Source of the DNA: Marsupella aquatica
Lineage: Eukaryota > Plantae > Marchantiophyta
Length of the DNA: 64,000 nt
Direction of reading: 5' to 3'
NCBI GenBank assembly: GCA_973895155.1
Contig: OZ316896.1
Span: 1,426,001 to 1,490,000 of the forward strand
The position numbers were made by a program, and so were the translations under genes. Numbering within the stretch: position 1 is the first letter of the stretch; every line of letters begins with the position of its first letter. Positions 25,592-36,470 of this stretch are shown piece after piece. The notes under the pieces were generated by a model that saw only the letters and a program-made list of their open reading frames with translations, was not told where the DNA came from and did no database searches.

Positions 25592-26137
25592 TCATAGCCA
25601 CAGGGCCCCAGCCAGTTTTAGTTGCGGAACCAAGGCCCCTCCGATATGTGCTGCGATGAGCTCTTCTAAGCCTCCAATATACTTTTTCCCAATAAAAATT
25701 GCCGGTAGAGCCTGCGATGATCCCGCCAATTTCTGGAGAGCTACTGCAATCTCACGGCCGGCGGCTTCTTGGTCCAGTTCGTACACCGCTGGTGCCACAC
25801 CCAGACTGCTGAACAAGCGCTTGACGACATGACAAACACAACAAGAGCTGATGCTGAACATAACAACCGCGTTTTCTGATGCCACCCTCTCCAAATTGTC
25901 CCACACCTCTGCATTGTTGTAGCTAACTGTACTTCGTTCCACCAACTCCATGCTCACGTTTCCGTTCTTGGATGCAGATCCGTTGCTGTCTTTCGCTGTC
26001 TGGTCATCGAAGGGCACGTAGGAAGGAGGAGGCATAAGTTGCCTGGTAATTTGATCAGGTACTCGACTAGCCGTGGCGCTGGAGTTCATATGAACGGCCC
26101 ATGGAAGCGTTTGAGGTTTTGAGCCCTGTATTTCCAT
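25592..26137 (-). CDS. ROXY: CC-type glutaredoxin (ROXY family), intronless, 181 aa with N-terminal extension
   Basis: AVVMFSISSCCVCHVVKRLF (CCVC active site), VYELD, LPAIFIGKKYIGG, and C-terminal LVPQLKLAGALWL (LxxL/xL plus ALWL motifs), diagnostic of land-plant CC-type glutaredoxins. Confidence 0.95.
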   Translation of the reverse strand: MEIQGSKPQTLPWAVHMNSSATASRVPDQITRQLMPPPSYVPFDDQTAKDSNGSASKNGNVSMELVERSTVSYNNAEVWDNLERVASENAVVMFSISSCCVCHVVKRLFSSLGVAPAVYELDQEAAGREIAVALQKLAGSSQALPAIFIGKKYIGGLEELIAAHIGGALVPQLKLAGALWL

Positions 26138-27676
26138 TGTGAAAAAATAACCTTTCGAAGAATGCCAAAAAAAAGCTTCAGCTTAGGCGATTGACAGTTC
26201 AAAAGTACTCTAGACCAACTGTCCTTAAGAAACTTAGGCGAGATGCTGAAACGCAGTTTCATCAACTGCATGGAGCGGGATTTCTAACTTGTCAACCGAG
26301 CTGGGGAAGACGGAGTTTCGCAATATTGCTACGATCTTGCCCAGACGAACGATCCAAACCGGGGAAATCGACATTCGCCGTCCATGGCAGGGCACAGAAA
26401 ACTCTCGCTGCGCCTGAGAGGTAGGAACCCATATCATACGCCCACTTCCTCAGAGCAAAGGCGTTTCAGAGGCAAATTCTGTGACCTTGCGTGACACGCA
26501 CTACCTCTGCTGCCTCCTGGTAATCTTGCCGGTGACACACTCGCTGGCAAAGTCCTCATCCATCTAAACTAGGATTCCCAACGGGCTCACAGAGTAGTCT
26601 TTAAATGCAAGGCGGAGAGAAGAGGGCTACCGAAGAGTGCAACGTCGACTGAAGTAAATAAGTTTTGGAAGTGAGACCCCGAGGAAGGATCCAGGAGGGC
26701 ACGAAAGTCAGGACGGGAATGACGACCTGTAGTGACAAGACTGATGTCACAAATGCCAAGGTTTCCTCCACCAGGCAAGAGCCCCGGTGCCCCAAGACTG
26801 TTACGTAGTCTATTGCTGTTTTTTTATGGTTTGTGCTCTCGACCGTAACCCGCACTGCAGCTTTCAGGCATGGTATCCGAGGAGTCCTTATTATGCAGTG
26901 GTGATGGGAGATAGCGATAAGCTAAAAATTAAGTGTTCGTCACGGGGTTCGTCACTGCAAATAATTATCAGGTGCCTTGGTTAGACATATATCTAGGTGT
27001 GGACGGGCAGTACCCGGCCCGGTGCTCTTCCTTCGCAGAGTTAAAGGAATGAAATTGGCAGATATTATGACAATTTTAGGGAGTATAGATATCATTATGG
27101 GAGAGGTTGATACTCGGGACGTTATAGATTAACGAAATGGATTTCGGGCCCAAAGGTAAACAGGTGTGAGCTATCCATATATATCCGTGTTTGTTCCTTT
27201 GGAGTTGACCATATATGTATGTGCCTGGTTTTTTGTTGTTGTGAAATTGTCCGAAGCTTTTATTATTACACAACCCACAATGAGATACAAGTTCACGCAG
27301 CGCGCAGGGTGAACGGCAAGCTTTTTGGTGCTTACTATGTGCTTGACGGGTTGCAGGAAGTCCATCTGTCTCTTTGCAAATCTAATCACTGCACTGCTCT
27401 CACTAAAATCTCCCTTTCGTATTTGCTTATACTGGCCCCTTTTTCTACCGGTATCGGTTTGTTTGAGGAAGGGGAAACCAAAAACAGACGTCATCAGACG
27501 CCAACCGGTACTACCGGTCAACCTTAAGGTCGCCTTCTGGAACAATTGTTTTTCTCTAAAGGCGATTGGGCGGGCGGCGATGGATTGACAATAATGCGGA
27601 GTTATAGATTGAATGATTCTAACGGATGTCCCCTAAACTGCCTGCCGTAGCCACAGTAGTGGCAGAGATGAAGACA

Positions 27677-27784
27677 TGACGATCGCTAGCAGGACGTCAG
27701 ATTTGCATGACAAAATGGGCAGAAGGACGTCTTCAGTCGTCAACCCTTCATTCTGACGCATGTGACACGTCAGCTCAGACGTAA
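27677..27784 (-). promoter_or_regulatory. Cluster of TGACG (TGA bZIP) motifs including an as-1/ocs-like element, ~1.6 kb upstream of ROXY
   Basis: TGACG/CGTCA at 27677, 27695, 27738, 27754 and 27768. ACACGTCA-GCTC-AGACGTAA (27765-27784) has two ACGT cores 12 bp apart, the as-1/ocs spacing. Confidence 0.5.
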
Positions 27785-30700
27785 ACTGCCGTGTCCAACA
27801 GGCAGACTGATATTAATTTTCTGTAGCTCATATGACTTCCAAGGGAAAAGATCTTTCGCTTTTCCTATCTCCTACCGTGACCTCTCTGACTGAAGGATTT
27901 GCGAAGTACGGTAACTCAATTGGTAGAATATATTGATGATTGACAAATTGGTTTGTCGAATTACAGCAGTTTGATTCCCCTTTCTCTACGTATCGACTTC
28001 GCAGTGCTTAGTACTGGTATTGGTCTACGGTGCCATAGGTCATCGAGCTTGGCGAGCTGCCCACAATCATCTCACCAGAATGTTTAACAAGCGAGTCCCT
28101 TTGTGCTCAAATCGTTTCCATTTTTTCTTGGCGTGGCCCCGGGCGTGGCTATGGTGATTGTGTAGCGTAGTAAAACGAGTTATTTGAGTCAAGTGATTGA
28201 GCAAGGTGCTGTAATTGAGGAAATCGAGGACGTAATCGGAATCCTTCGATGGTGACATATGTTACGGTATTCGCCAGGCCTTACAAAATTCCAAACTTGG
28301 AAGATGTAAGCGGACAAGAATCTCACCTAGAAACAGTAGCAAATGGGTCTACCGTAAATTGTTAAAGATCTTTTTCGAGTATCGTGCCCCAAACGATTCC
28401 CCAATTTGTGTCCTTCAGCTCATCATCTTATTACGAGATAATGGAATCCATTCACGTTCCTCACAAAGTTGGTACCGTAGCATAGAATCCATCAAGTACC
28501 CGTATATTTGGGCATTTCAGTTCCCAGGGTTAAAACATTTTCAGAAAAGACCGGATGACGGCGTCATTTCGATCTTAGTTTATAGTAACTATGGAGGGGA
28601 CTTTTTGGTTGTGTGTAACAGTTGTATGTTACCGTCCCAGCAGAGCCGACTCGAGAGTTGATCGAACACATTTCGCCCTTCGAGCCATCCATTCGAGTGT
28701 TTTGACTGCTGGTGATGTCAAGGAGCGAGAACGTAGGCGGACGGTGGCCCCTTTTGAGTACAGCCGATAGCCCACGCGCTCCGAGTACGGTGTGACGAGT
28801 ACCTGACCTTCCTTGACGTGATCGGACCTGCGCTGACCTGACTTGGCCCAGGGGAGCGTATTACAGACGATGATGGTGACCTTCCATGTGCCCGCCGCCT
28901 GACTCAGTTGCGGTGTCTGTCGAACCTGCTATACGTATGAATGGCTTTCCTTCCGCAGTTCCTATGCAGTTGTTGGTGCTACTTTACCATGCTCGTTCCT
29001 CACCAGTCATCACTCCACCGGATATTCCAAACTCCACTCGTCGGGGTAATGTTCTTCCATACTGACCTCTGTTGCTCGTGACCAATTCACCAGGGATATC
29101 AACCTACGATTAGGACTTCTGCTTGTGCTCTAATAGAACGGATGTAAATCTAGCCTGCTTTTCTTTTCTTTTGCCACGGGAAATGTTCACAAAAAATTAC
29201 ATCAGCATTATGTACTGCTTGTCAAGATTGAAGACGTGCTCAGATTCCCCTTCCACGTAGAATTAACAGACTGGAACCATGACTAATAGATCTGTGACAA
29301 GGGTAAAGTTATCGGAATTGAGCCCTATCTACCGCATAGTATGTAATCTAACACAGAATCACGTGAGAATACTTTGAGAGGAGTATAATTCCAATTTCGC
29401 GATCAATTCCTGAATAAAGTCTCTGAAATACACCTCAAGATAATATATGTAACCCGTGGGTTTCCGGCCTAATAATAAACAATCCTAATACTGAACTAAT
29501 TTTGGTTCCTTATTGATCCTAAATTATTGTTACTTTCAACGGGATTCTTAAACCACACTTGTCACTATAAAAGTCTCATTCCATATCTCACTACTCACCA
29601 TAAAGGTGGAACACTAACATCTTTTGTGTAATACTTGTCAAAAAAAGATTTTGCAGTCTCAAAGTCCATTCTTGAACCTATATTCTTTACAATGAGAGCT
29701 TACCAGTAGTCCTTTATAGTGGCAGGTGTGGTTTAACTCTCTTGCAGATCAGTTCAGCTGTGTAATATGGTCTGGGCAATATATACACAAATTCTACATA
29801 ATTATGGCTATTTTCCAATGCATGGAGTTCTGGTTTGATTATTATAACCAACTTGATCAACAAATCTGTTCGAATGAGCTGACATTGAATAAAATCTCAA
29901 AGAATTTCCATGCAACTAGTTCTGCACAACTATGGGCAGTGCAACACCCTGCATGTTGAAAGAGAATTTCAAATTAAAGCTAGGACAAATCAGCGACTGT
30001 GGATTGAATGCTGGACTCCAAAATAATCCTTAAAAGAATAAAAGAATAATAATAATCATCCTTAAAAGATGGGTATCAACCGCGTGAAAATTTCGAGAGG
30101 AAAAGGTTTCTTTTAAGCTTGTTGATTCGAACAATCATCTTTTCCGATATGGATCAGACAGGTACTCTTTTCTGTGATGTGTGGCCACGGCGTAAAAGGC
30201 GGGTGAGTATCCCTACAAGGGATGTCATTTACTGGAGCTTGGCAGCGGAAGGACACTTGGAATGGCAAACCAGGGGCTACAATGAAAGAACAATCAATCA
30301 TAGTATCGAAATTATAGTACGACGTTGCTGAGTGGGCTGTTCAGCACGGGCAGCTTGACTTTCTCATCCTGTAGCGGTAAGTTGCAGTGTGTGAGGGGCC
30401 GTGGGGGAGGAACGGTTGGCGTTCCGAAATGAGATGGACCATCTCAGATGTTACTAGTAATAAAATCTTTAAGCGTTCCTTAAAGGCAATTACCTCAGTA
30501 GAGCTGATGATAGCCCTACATAATTAAATATACATAAAAGAAACTAAATTATAAAGCCTCGTCAGCATAGCTCACTCACTGACGGCATTGACTGCGCGCT
30601 CGCACATGTACTTACACGTAACAAGTCTAGCTAGGCCCTAAATCTGGCTTTCCATGCCTTCTTTTAAGATCTGCTTTTTCCTCATGCTAAAACTAAACCT

Positions 30701-33069
30701 AAGTTAAAACACTCTTTGTTCATTAGAGTTTTGCGAAGGATGTTCATGTGTGTCCAGTTGTTTGCGATTCAGTCGAGATTAAGAATCTGAGTCCTTTCCT
30801 GATAGTGAAAACAGTCAAATTCGCCTCCACCTTTACCATTGACCTTATCTGACCTCTGGAAGGATCATTCAAGAGTGATGAGGCTTTGATTCGTCGTCGA
30901 AGCTTTCTGTTGTACAGTGGCCCACCAAAGAAACAACTCGGTGGGACCGGAACTTTTAAACATATAAAGAGGCCACAAATAAGCCGTCCTATAGTGAAGC
31001 TCATGCTTTTGCATAACGCCTGAGAAAGGCTGATGCCCACTAGAAAGACAACCCATCATTTGAGGGTTACTTTCACTAACTAGCAGGAAAAATCCTATCA
31101 CGAGGACATATGGCGGTCGAACTCCTGCAGTGCACCCAACTGAAAACCTTATCCCACAGGTAAATCCAGATACCAGCCAATAGCGATCCAGATACCAGCC
31201 AATAGCGAGTCTCTCATATTTTTATGTTAAGCTCATGGGTTACTGGCTCGCAGAACGTCAGTGACTTTAGAATCAACATAATGAATGAAATGTGGATTGA
31301 GGAATCATAAAAGAAACGCCTCAAAAAGACAGAGATCAAATCTCCAGTGCGAAAGTTTCTCGCTACTGACGGTGAAACTGAGAAGCATACAAACACTGAG
31401 CGAATCTCGGCAATTAATACAAACAATGGTCTTAGCAGTCCTACTCTTTCTGTTTCTCAGTTTTCTTGTTCGAAAATCTCTTATTTGGAGGATGTTCCAA
31501 TCACATGTCCTGCAAGGTTAGATCGAGTGATATCGGCAACCATGACTGTTCATAAACACAGCTCATGCACCAAAAATTAAGTTGCTAGGGCTGCCCACTC
31601 TGTTGTTTGAAAGAGCAGTGAAGAAATCAACCGTCGTCCATGGACCAAATGTAAGTACACTTGTTCCAGCAATTTCCCACATCTTCTTTCCACTTTTCTA
31701 GAAAGAAGATCCCATAACGTGGAGAAAGAACGAATCTGGGGAGAAAGGCCATTTGGTCCAGTGTTTCTTCGTTTCACATGTTTCGGTTCGTTTCTTCCAT
31801 TCTCGTTGTCTCCATACAAACTTCTACACAAAGACTATGGTTATTGTATGTCAGGGACATAATTATTATAGAAGAGATACAGTCATACAGCGCTACGCAC
31901 ATGACTTAAGTGAGAATCACCGTACGAATGTCAGATGTGTCGGTTGGCCTGGCAGAGACGTTTCTCGTCAAACTTTGACTTCCGAGCTCCGTAGTCCTGC
32001 CGTACGCGTATCTTCAAAGTATTCCTGTTTTTTTAGAAAGAACACTGTGAGCAATTTCCCTCCACAAACTATTTTCTCCAGATTTGCTTGGTGGGACTGC
32101 CAGCTCACAGTACAGTGGCTCTTGTTGGGAAGGAATTAGTTCTAATGATGAAGAGGGTACAATGTAAAAACCAATAACCACCAGAAGAAGCGTCGTTCTA
32201 GTGAACAAATTTCTGCAACATGCTGCAAACTGTGTGACGTGCACCAGCCATAGCTCTCCATCGTCAATATCAGGTGGGGATTTCAGGAGCAGCAGAAACT
32301 TTCACTCACGATCGTCTGATTATTCTTCGGAAGACAGGTTCCGGGTTTGGGATGATCGAGAAGGGCATAATCCCGTGTTTTCGCACTACAGCATAACGAA
32401 GAGCAGCAGGTCAGGTGGGCATGGCATGTGCGGGCAGCAGCAGAACTCAAGAAATCATAAATGTGAGCATAGCAGGAGGAACTCTTTGTAAGTTTTATTT
32501 TGAAATTTCCATCGAACCTTTTGGGTTCCCCCCATTCTTAAAAAATAATTCTCAGAAAAATTTTTCAAATGGCCCATGACCAACCTATGTGGTCCACAAC
32601 AGACCTATCCATAAATTCATGGCTTCCTATGTAGTGGTGCTTGTTTTGAAAAACGTTTTTTCATCTATTTGATTGTCAAAATAGTATCCATGCAATTTTT
32701 TGGTCTTGACTTGCTTTTGTCGTCTTGTGCCATTTATTGTCAAGGAAGAGTCCCCACTTATGCCTGGTTAAGCAAATTTATGGGAAGGTTCAATCGTTGT
32801 CCAAAATGCACCAAAATAAGGACAAGTAAATGGATAAGTTTAGTAGGCACAACAATATGCAAATTTCAGGTCATTTTCTACAGTCCAGTCCCCCTAAATA
32901 GTTTCTGGGCCATTTTGGGGCCCCCATCACTTCTAGTAAAATTTTCTCAACCAGAAAATCTCTCTTGAAAACCAGCATTTTGAAATATACACGTACTTTT
33001 TACATAAAAAGGCCAAATAGAGTACAAAAGAATAAACAAGAGAGGTCCCAAGTGGACAAAACCAAACGC

Positions 33070-33168
33070 AAAAGAAGTGAGCAAAAGGAAACCCTAAAAA
33101 CCAAGAAAGAGGAACTAAAAGAAGTGAGCAAAAGGAAACCCCTAAAAACCAAGAAAGAGGAACTAAAA
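33070..33168. repeat. 47/48-bp tandem duplication in the retroelement 3' UTR
   Basis: AAAAGAAGTGAGCAAAAGGAAACCC(C)TAAAAACCAAGAAAGAGGAACT occurs twice (33070 and 33117). Confidence 0.92.
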
Positions 33169-33232
33169 CTACCGCAAATGGACCAAGGTCCTCATCATAC
33201 CTAGCAAATGTGGCAACAAGCTAGTGGCGGGG

Positions 33233-36200
33233 CTAGTGGTCTACATCAAGTGTCGAAACTAGATCGGCAAGTGGGACAGGAATGTCCTCTAGGGGGGCTA
33301 GCCGTTGCGGAGTCACACTAGCACCCACTGTCAGAGATCGACGATAGACGGCCCGAGCTTGAGCACGCTGTAAGGTGACTGAAATGCGTTGGCGAAAGTG
33401 CATGGTCAAAACAGATAGCGGGGGCCCGGTGGGACCCATCCGGCCGTGAACATCCCGAGCAGCTTGGCGAAGAAGCCCGTCGAACTGATGATGGAGACGC
33501 CCAAATATCTCAAGAGCAAGGGGCAGAAAGCTATCAGATGAAGCTCGTGCAGCATATTTGGCCTCCTTCGTTGTTGCTGCTCGTGATGCTGCTCCCCTGT
33601 CGTTGTTGCCGCTGTCCCAATGATGTCTTGGCGCAATGGGTTTGCCACCACTACATCTGCCAAAGTACGGTGACCTTCACGGACCATGGTAAGATCCACC
33701 CGTAACCGCTGTGATGGAGGACCAGGTAACTCGAGCACCACCTCCCGCCGCACGCAGACCAAAGAGCCAGAGAGAACCTGAGCAGTCGCATCTCTCACAG
33801 CGTCGTGAACAAAAATGGTTTCGCCGCCCAAACTGCATCAAAGAAGATGGACACATGTGGCATCACAAGGATTCCCACAAGTGCAAGTAGGAGGTAAACC
33901 AGCAAGAAGTGGGTGGGGCAAGCCCATACAAAGACGCATGGCGGTCGCAAACTCCGCTGAAGACATCCACAGGTGAGGAATGACTGGATTGGCTTGAAGC
34001 CAGCCTCATGCGCTCGGTCCGTGTCAGGTGCCTTGGTGAGGATGCTGGAAAGGGTGAAAGCGTGCATACGCCCAGCAAGGTCTGCCTGAAGACGGACGGG
34101 GTCCAAGGATAAAAACTCCTGGAATGAAGGTAACGCAGCTCGAACAGGATCGGGTAATGATGACCGCGTCGTGCGCAAATGAACCTAAAATGGGAGGGAA
34201 CCCTCCTCGACCTCCATGAGAGACGAAAGTAAAAAAGGTCGATCCTCAGTAAGGAAACGATCTGCCAACAATGAGAAGGCGGCCGGCCCACGCGCCCAAG
34301 AAGGCCAAAGGTGCAAGGCGCTCAGTGAAAGTAAGCCCAAAACCACCGTGAGAAATAGGAAGACTGAGCTGTCGATGAAGCCACGGAGATGAGAGCAAAG
34401 TACCTGGCCCTAAAAGAGAGGCCAAAGTCTCACGAATGGAGACATCAAACGCTCGGAGGTGTAGATAAAGATCCTCGGTAGGGGGATGCGTCCGAGCCAA
34501 ATAGGACGCACGAGGGTGGATGCATCTCAACAACAACCCAAATGCTGCTTGAGAGTTTGCTAACTTAGGGAGCATAGGAGTAGGGGCTAAGGCAGGCTGG
34601 AGAGCGTCAGCAATGAAAGATGAGCAAAAGGAGGCGGTACCAACTGGGGATCCAAGGACCCGAAGACCGTCGGCTGGACGTAAGAACCCAGGGGGAAGCG
34701 CAAGATCAGAGGGTAACCCAGCTGGACTCCATGCACGACTCTTCACCGGCTGAACTCGTAAACCGAGGCCCAACAAATGGGTGGAAAGGGTGGCGAGGGC
34801 AGAAGTAACAGCAACAGGTGGACCAATGATGTGGGTGTCATCTAAAAGGGAGGGGAAGATACACTAGGGGTGGGCCGCGGAGGCTTCCCGTAAAGCAGTA
34901 AAATGGGCAATGGCAAAAAGAGGCCCACCCAAAGGGTCACCCTGACGTGTACCTTCTGCAGAAGAAAGAGTGGTATACACTCCTGTAGAGGTGTGATGAC
35001 TATAGAAGAGGGGGGCCTCGAACCCATAAAAACAACGGACAAAGGGGATAAGGGACTGGATGTCTGGATCCGCTGCCCTCAAAGCACGAAAAATTGCTGC
35101 CCGAGAAACCGTATTGAAAGCATTGGAGACATCAACCTGGAGGACAATCCAATCAGGGTGGAGGTCCAAGGTAGCACGAATACCCGCAATAACTGTCTCA
35201 CAACCGCCAGGAATGCCCACTGCAAATTGATGTGGAGAGAGATGATCCGATAGTGCAGAGCGATACTGCGAGGAAAGTGTGCGAGACACCAGACGAAGAA
35301 AAACCTCTCCAATAGCTATGGGCCGAACACCCGGTGAAGACTTAGCCATGGCCAATAACCGAGAAGCACTCAAAAGCCGAGAGATGGGAGGAGGCAAACG
35401 GCCGGCAGCAATACACTGGCAAAAGGATAAGAAAACTGGAAAACCAGACTGAGGATCCTCAGGGGGAATAAATCACAAAAATGCTCAAAGACATAGCCAG
35501 AGGGGCCACCAGCCGCACAACGCGGAGCATGGAGGAAAGCATAGGTGAAGTGGTCCCTACTAAACTGAAGATCCTCCTCAGGCTCAAAATCCTCCACAAA
35601 CAAAGGGAGCTGATCATAGGGCTGCGGATGGAGATCCTGAAGGGCCGTCAAGGTGACCTCGCCAGGGGGGCTGGTGTGGTGGGAGAAAGGGCCTGGACCG
35701 CACGACGATATTCACCAGCCTGGGCTAAACGACAAGAGCGACGAAGACGTCTATGCTCTGGAGGATGAGAGTGGCGAGCTGGGTCAGACAAAGCACGGGT
35801 AGTAAAGGAACGGGCTCGAAGAAAGTACTCTTCCTGAAGCGGTTCCCAATCTCCCCGCAGAAAACGATGGATACGAGAGGCAGTCTCACGATGACCCACG
35901 TGACCACCGTGACTAGGGAGGGTAAGAGTCCATTTTGGAAAAAGCATGAGTAAAGACCAATAGGAGACCTCGATAGGATGCGCCAAGATAAGCTGCATGA
36001 GTTGCAACAAGGTTGACCGAACTAATGGGTGCAACGCTAGTGGGATGTGGTTATAAAGGCGAGGTCTAATGTACCCTGGATGGTAGGCTGGAAGGGGGTC
36101 TAGAGAGCGAACCCCACTCCAAGCCTGCTCGGAAGCCTCCAAGGAAGGAGGGGCAGAGCTAACTGGGTCAAGAGGGGGCTGGGGCTGGGATTGTGCTTGC

Positions 36201-36470
36201 TGGCGACGTTGGCACTGGCCCTGCCCGCGGTGATGAGGAAGGGAGAGGCCAACCCAGCCACACTCAGGACAAGTATGCAGGGGACGCTCGTCTGGGGAGG
36301 GAGCAGGGAACGACTGGACAGGAGGTGGGGGGGAACCGACGTGGATGAAGAGGCCGGAGGGGGATGCTGGAGGGGTGGAGGGGGAATGGGGTGGGGAGAG
36401 GAGCCAGGGCGTCGATGGGGTGGGCAGTAGACTGGGGGGACTGGCAGAGCATCGGGCATGGGGTCATCAC
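33233..36470 (-). pseudogene. Disrupted single ORF (Zn finger-RT-CCHC-RLE) of the retroelement
   Basis: In-frame stops at 34864-34866, 34185-34187 and 33838-33840, plus several frameshifts (e.g. near 35660 and 33595) and an apparent small deletion near 34010. Confidence 0.85.

Noticed and set aside
31165-31208. Short tandem duplications (22 bp here; others at ~6001, ~6205, ~23277 and ~41479-41645)
   Set aside because: Ordinary slippage duplications with no further structure.
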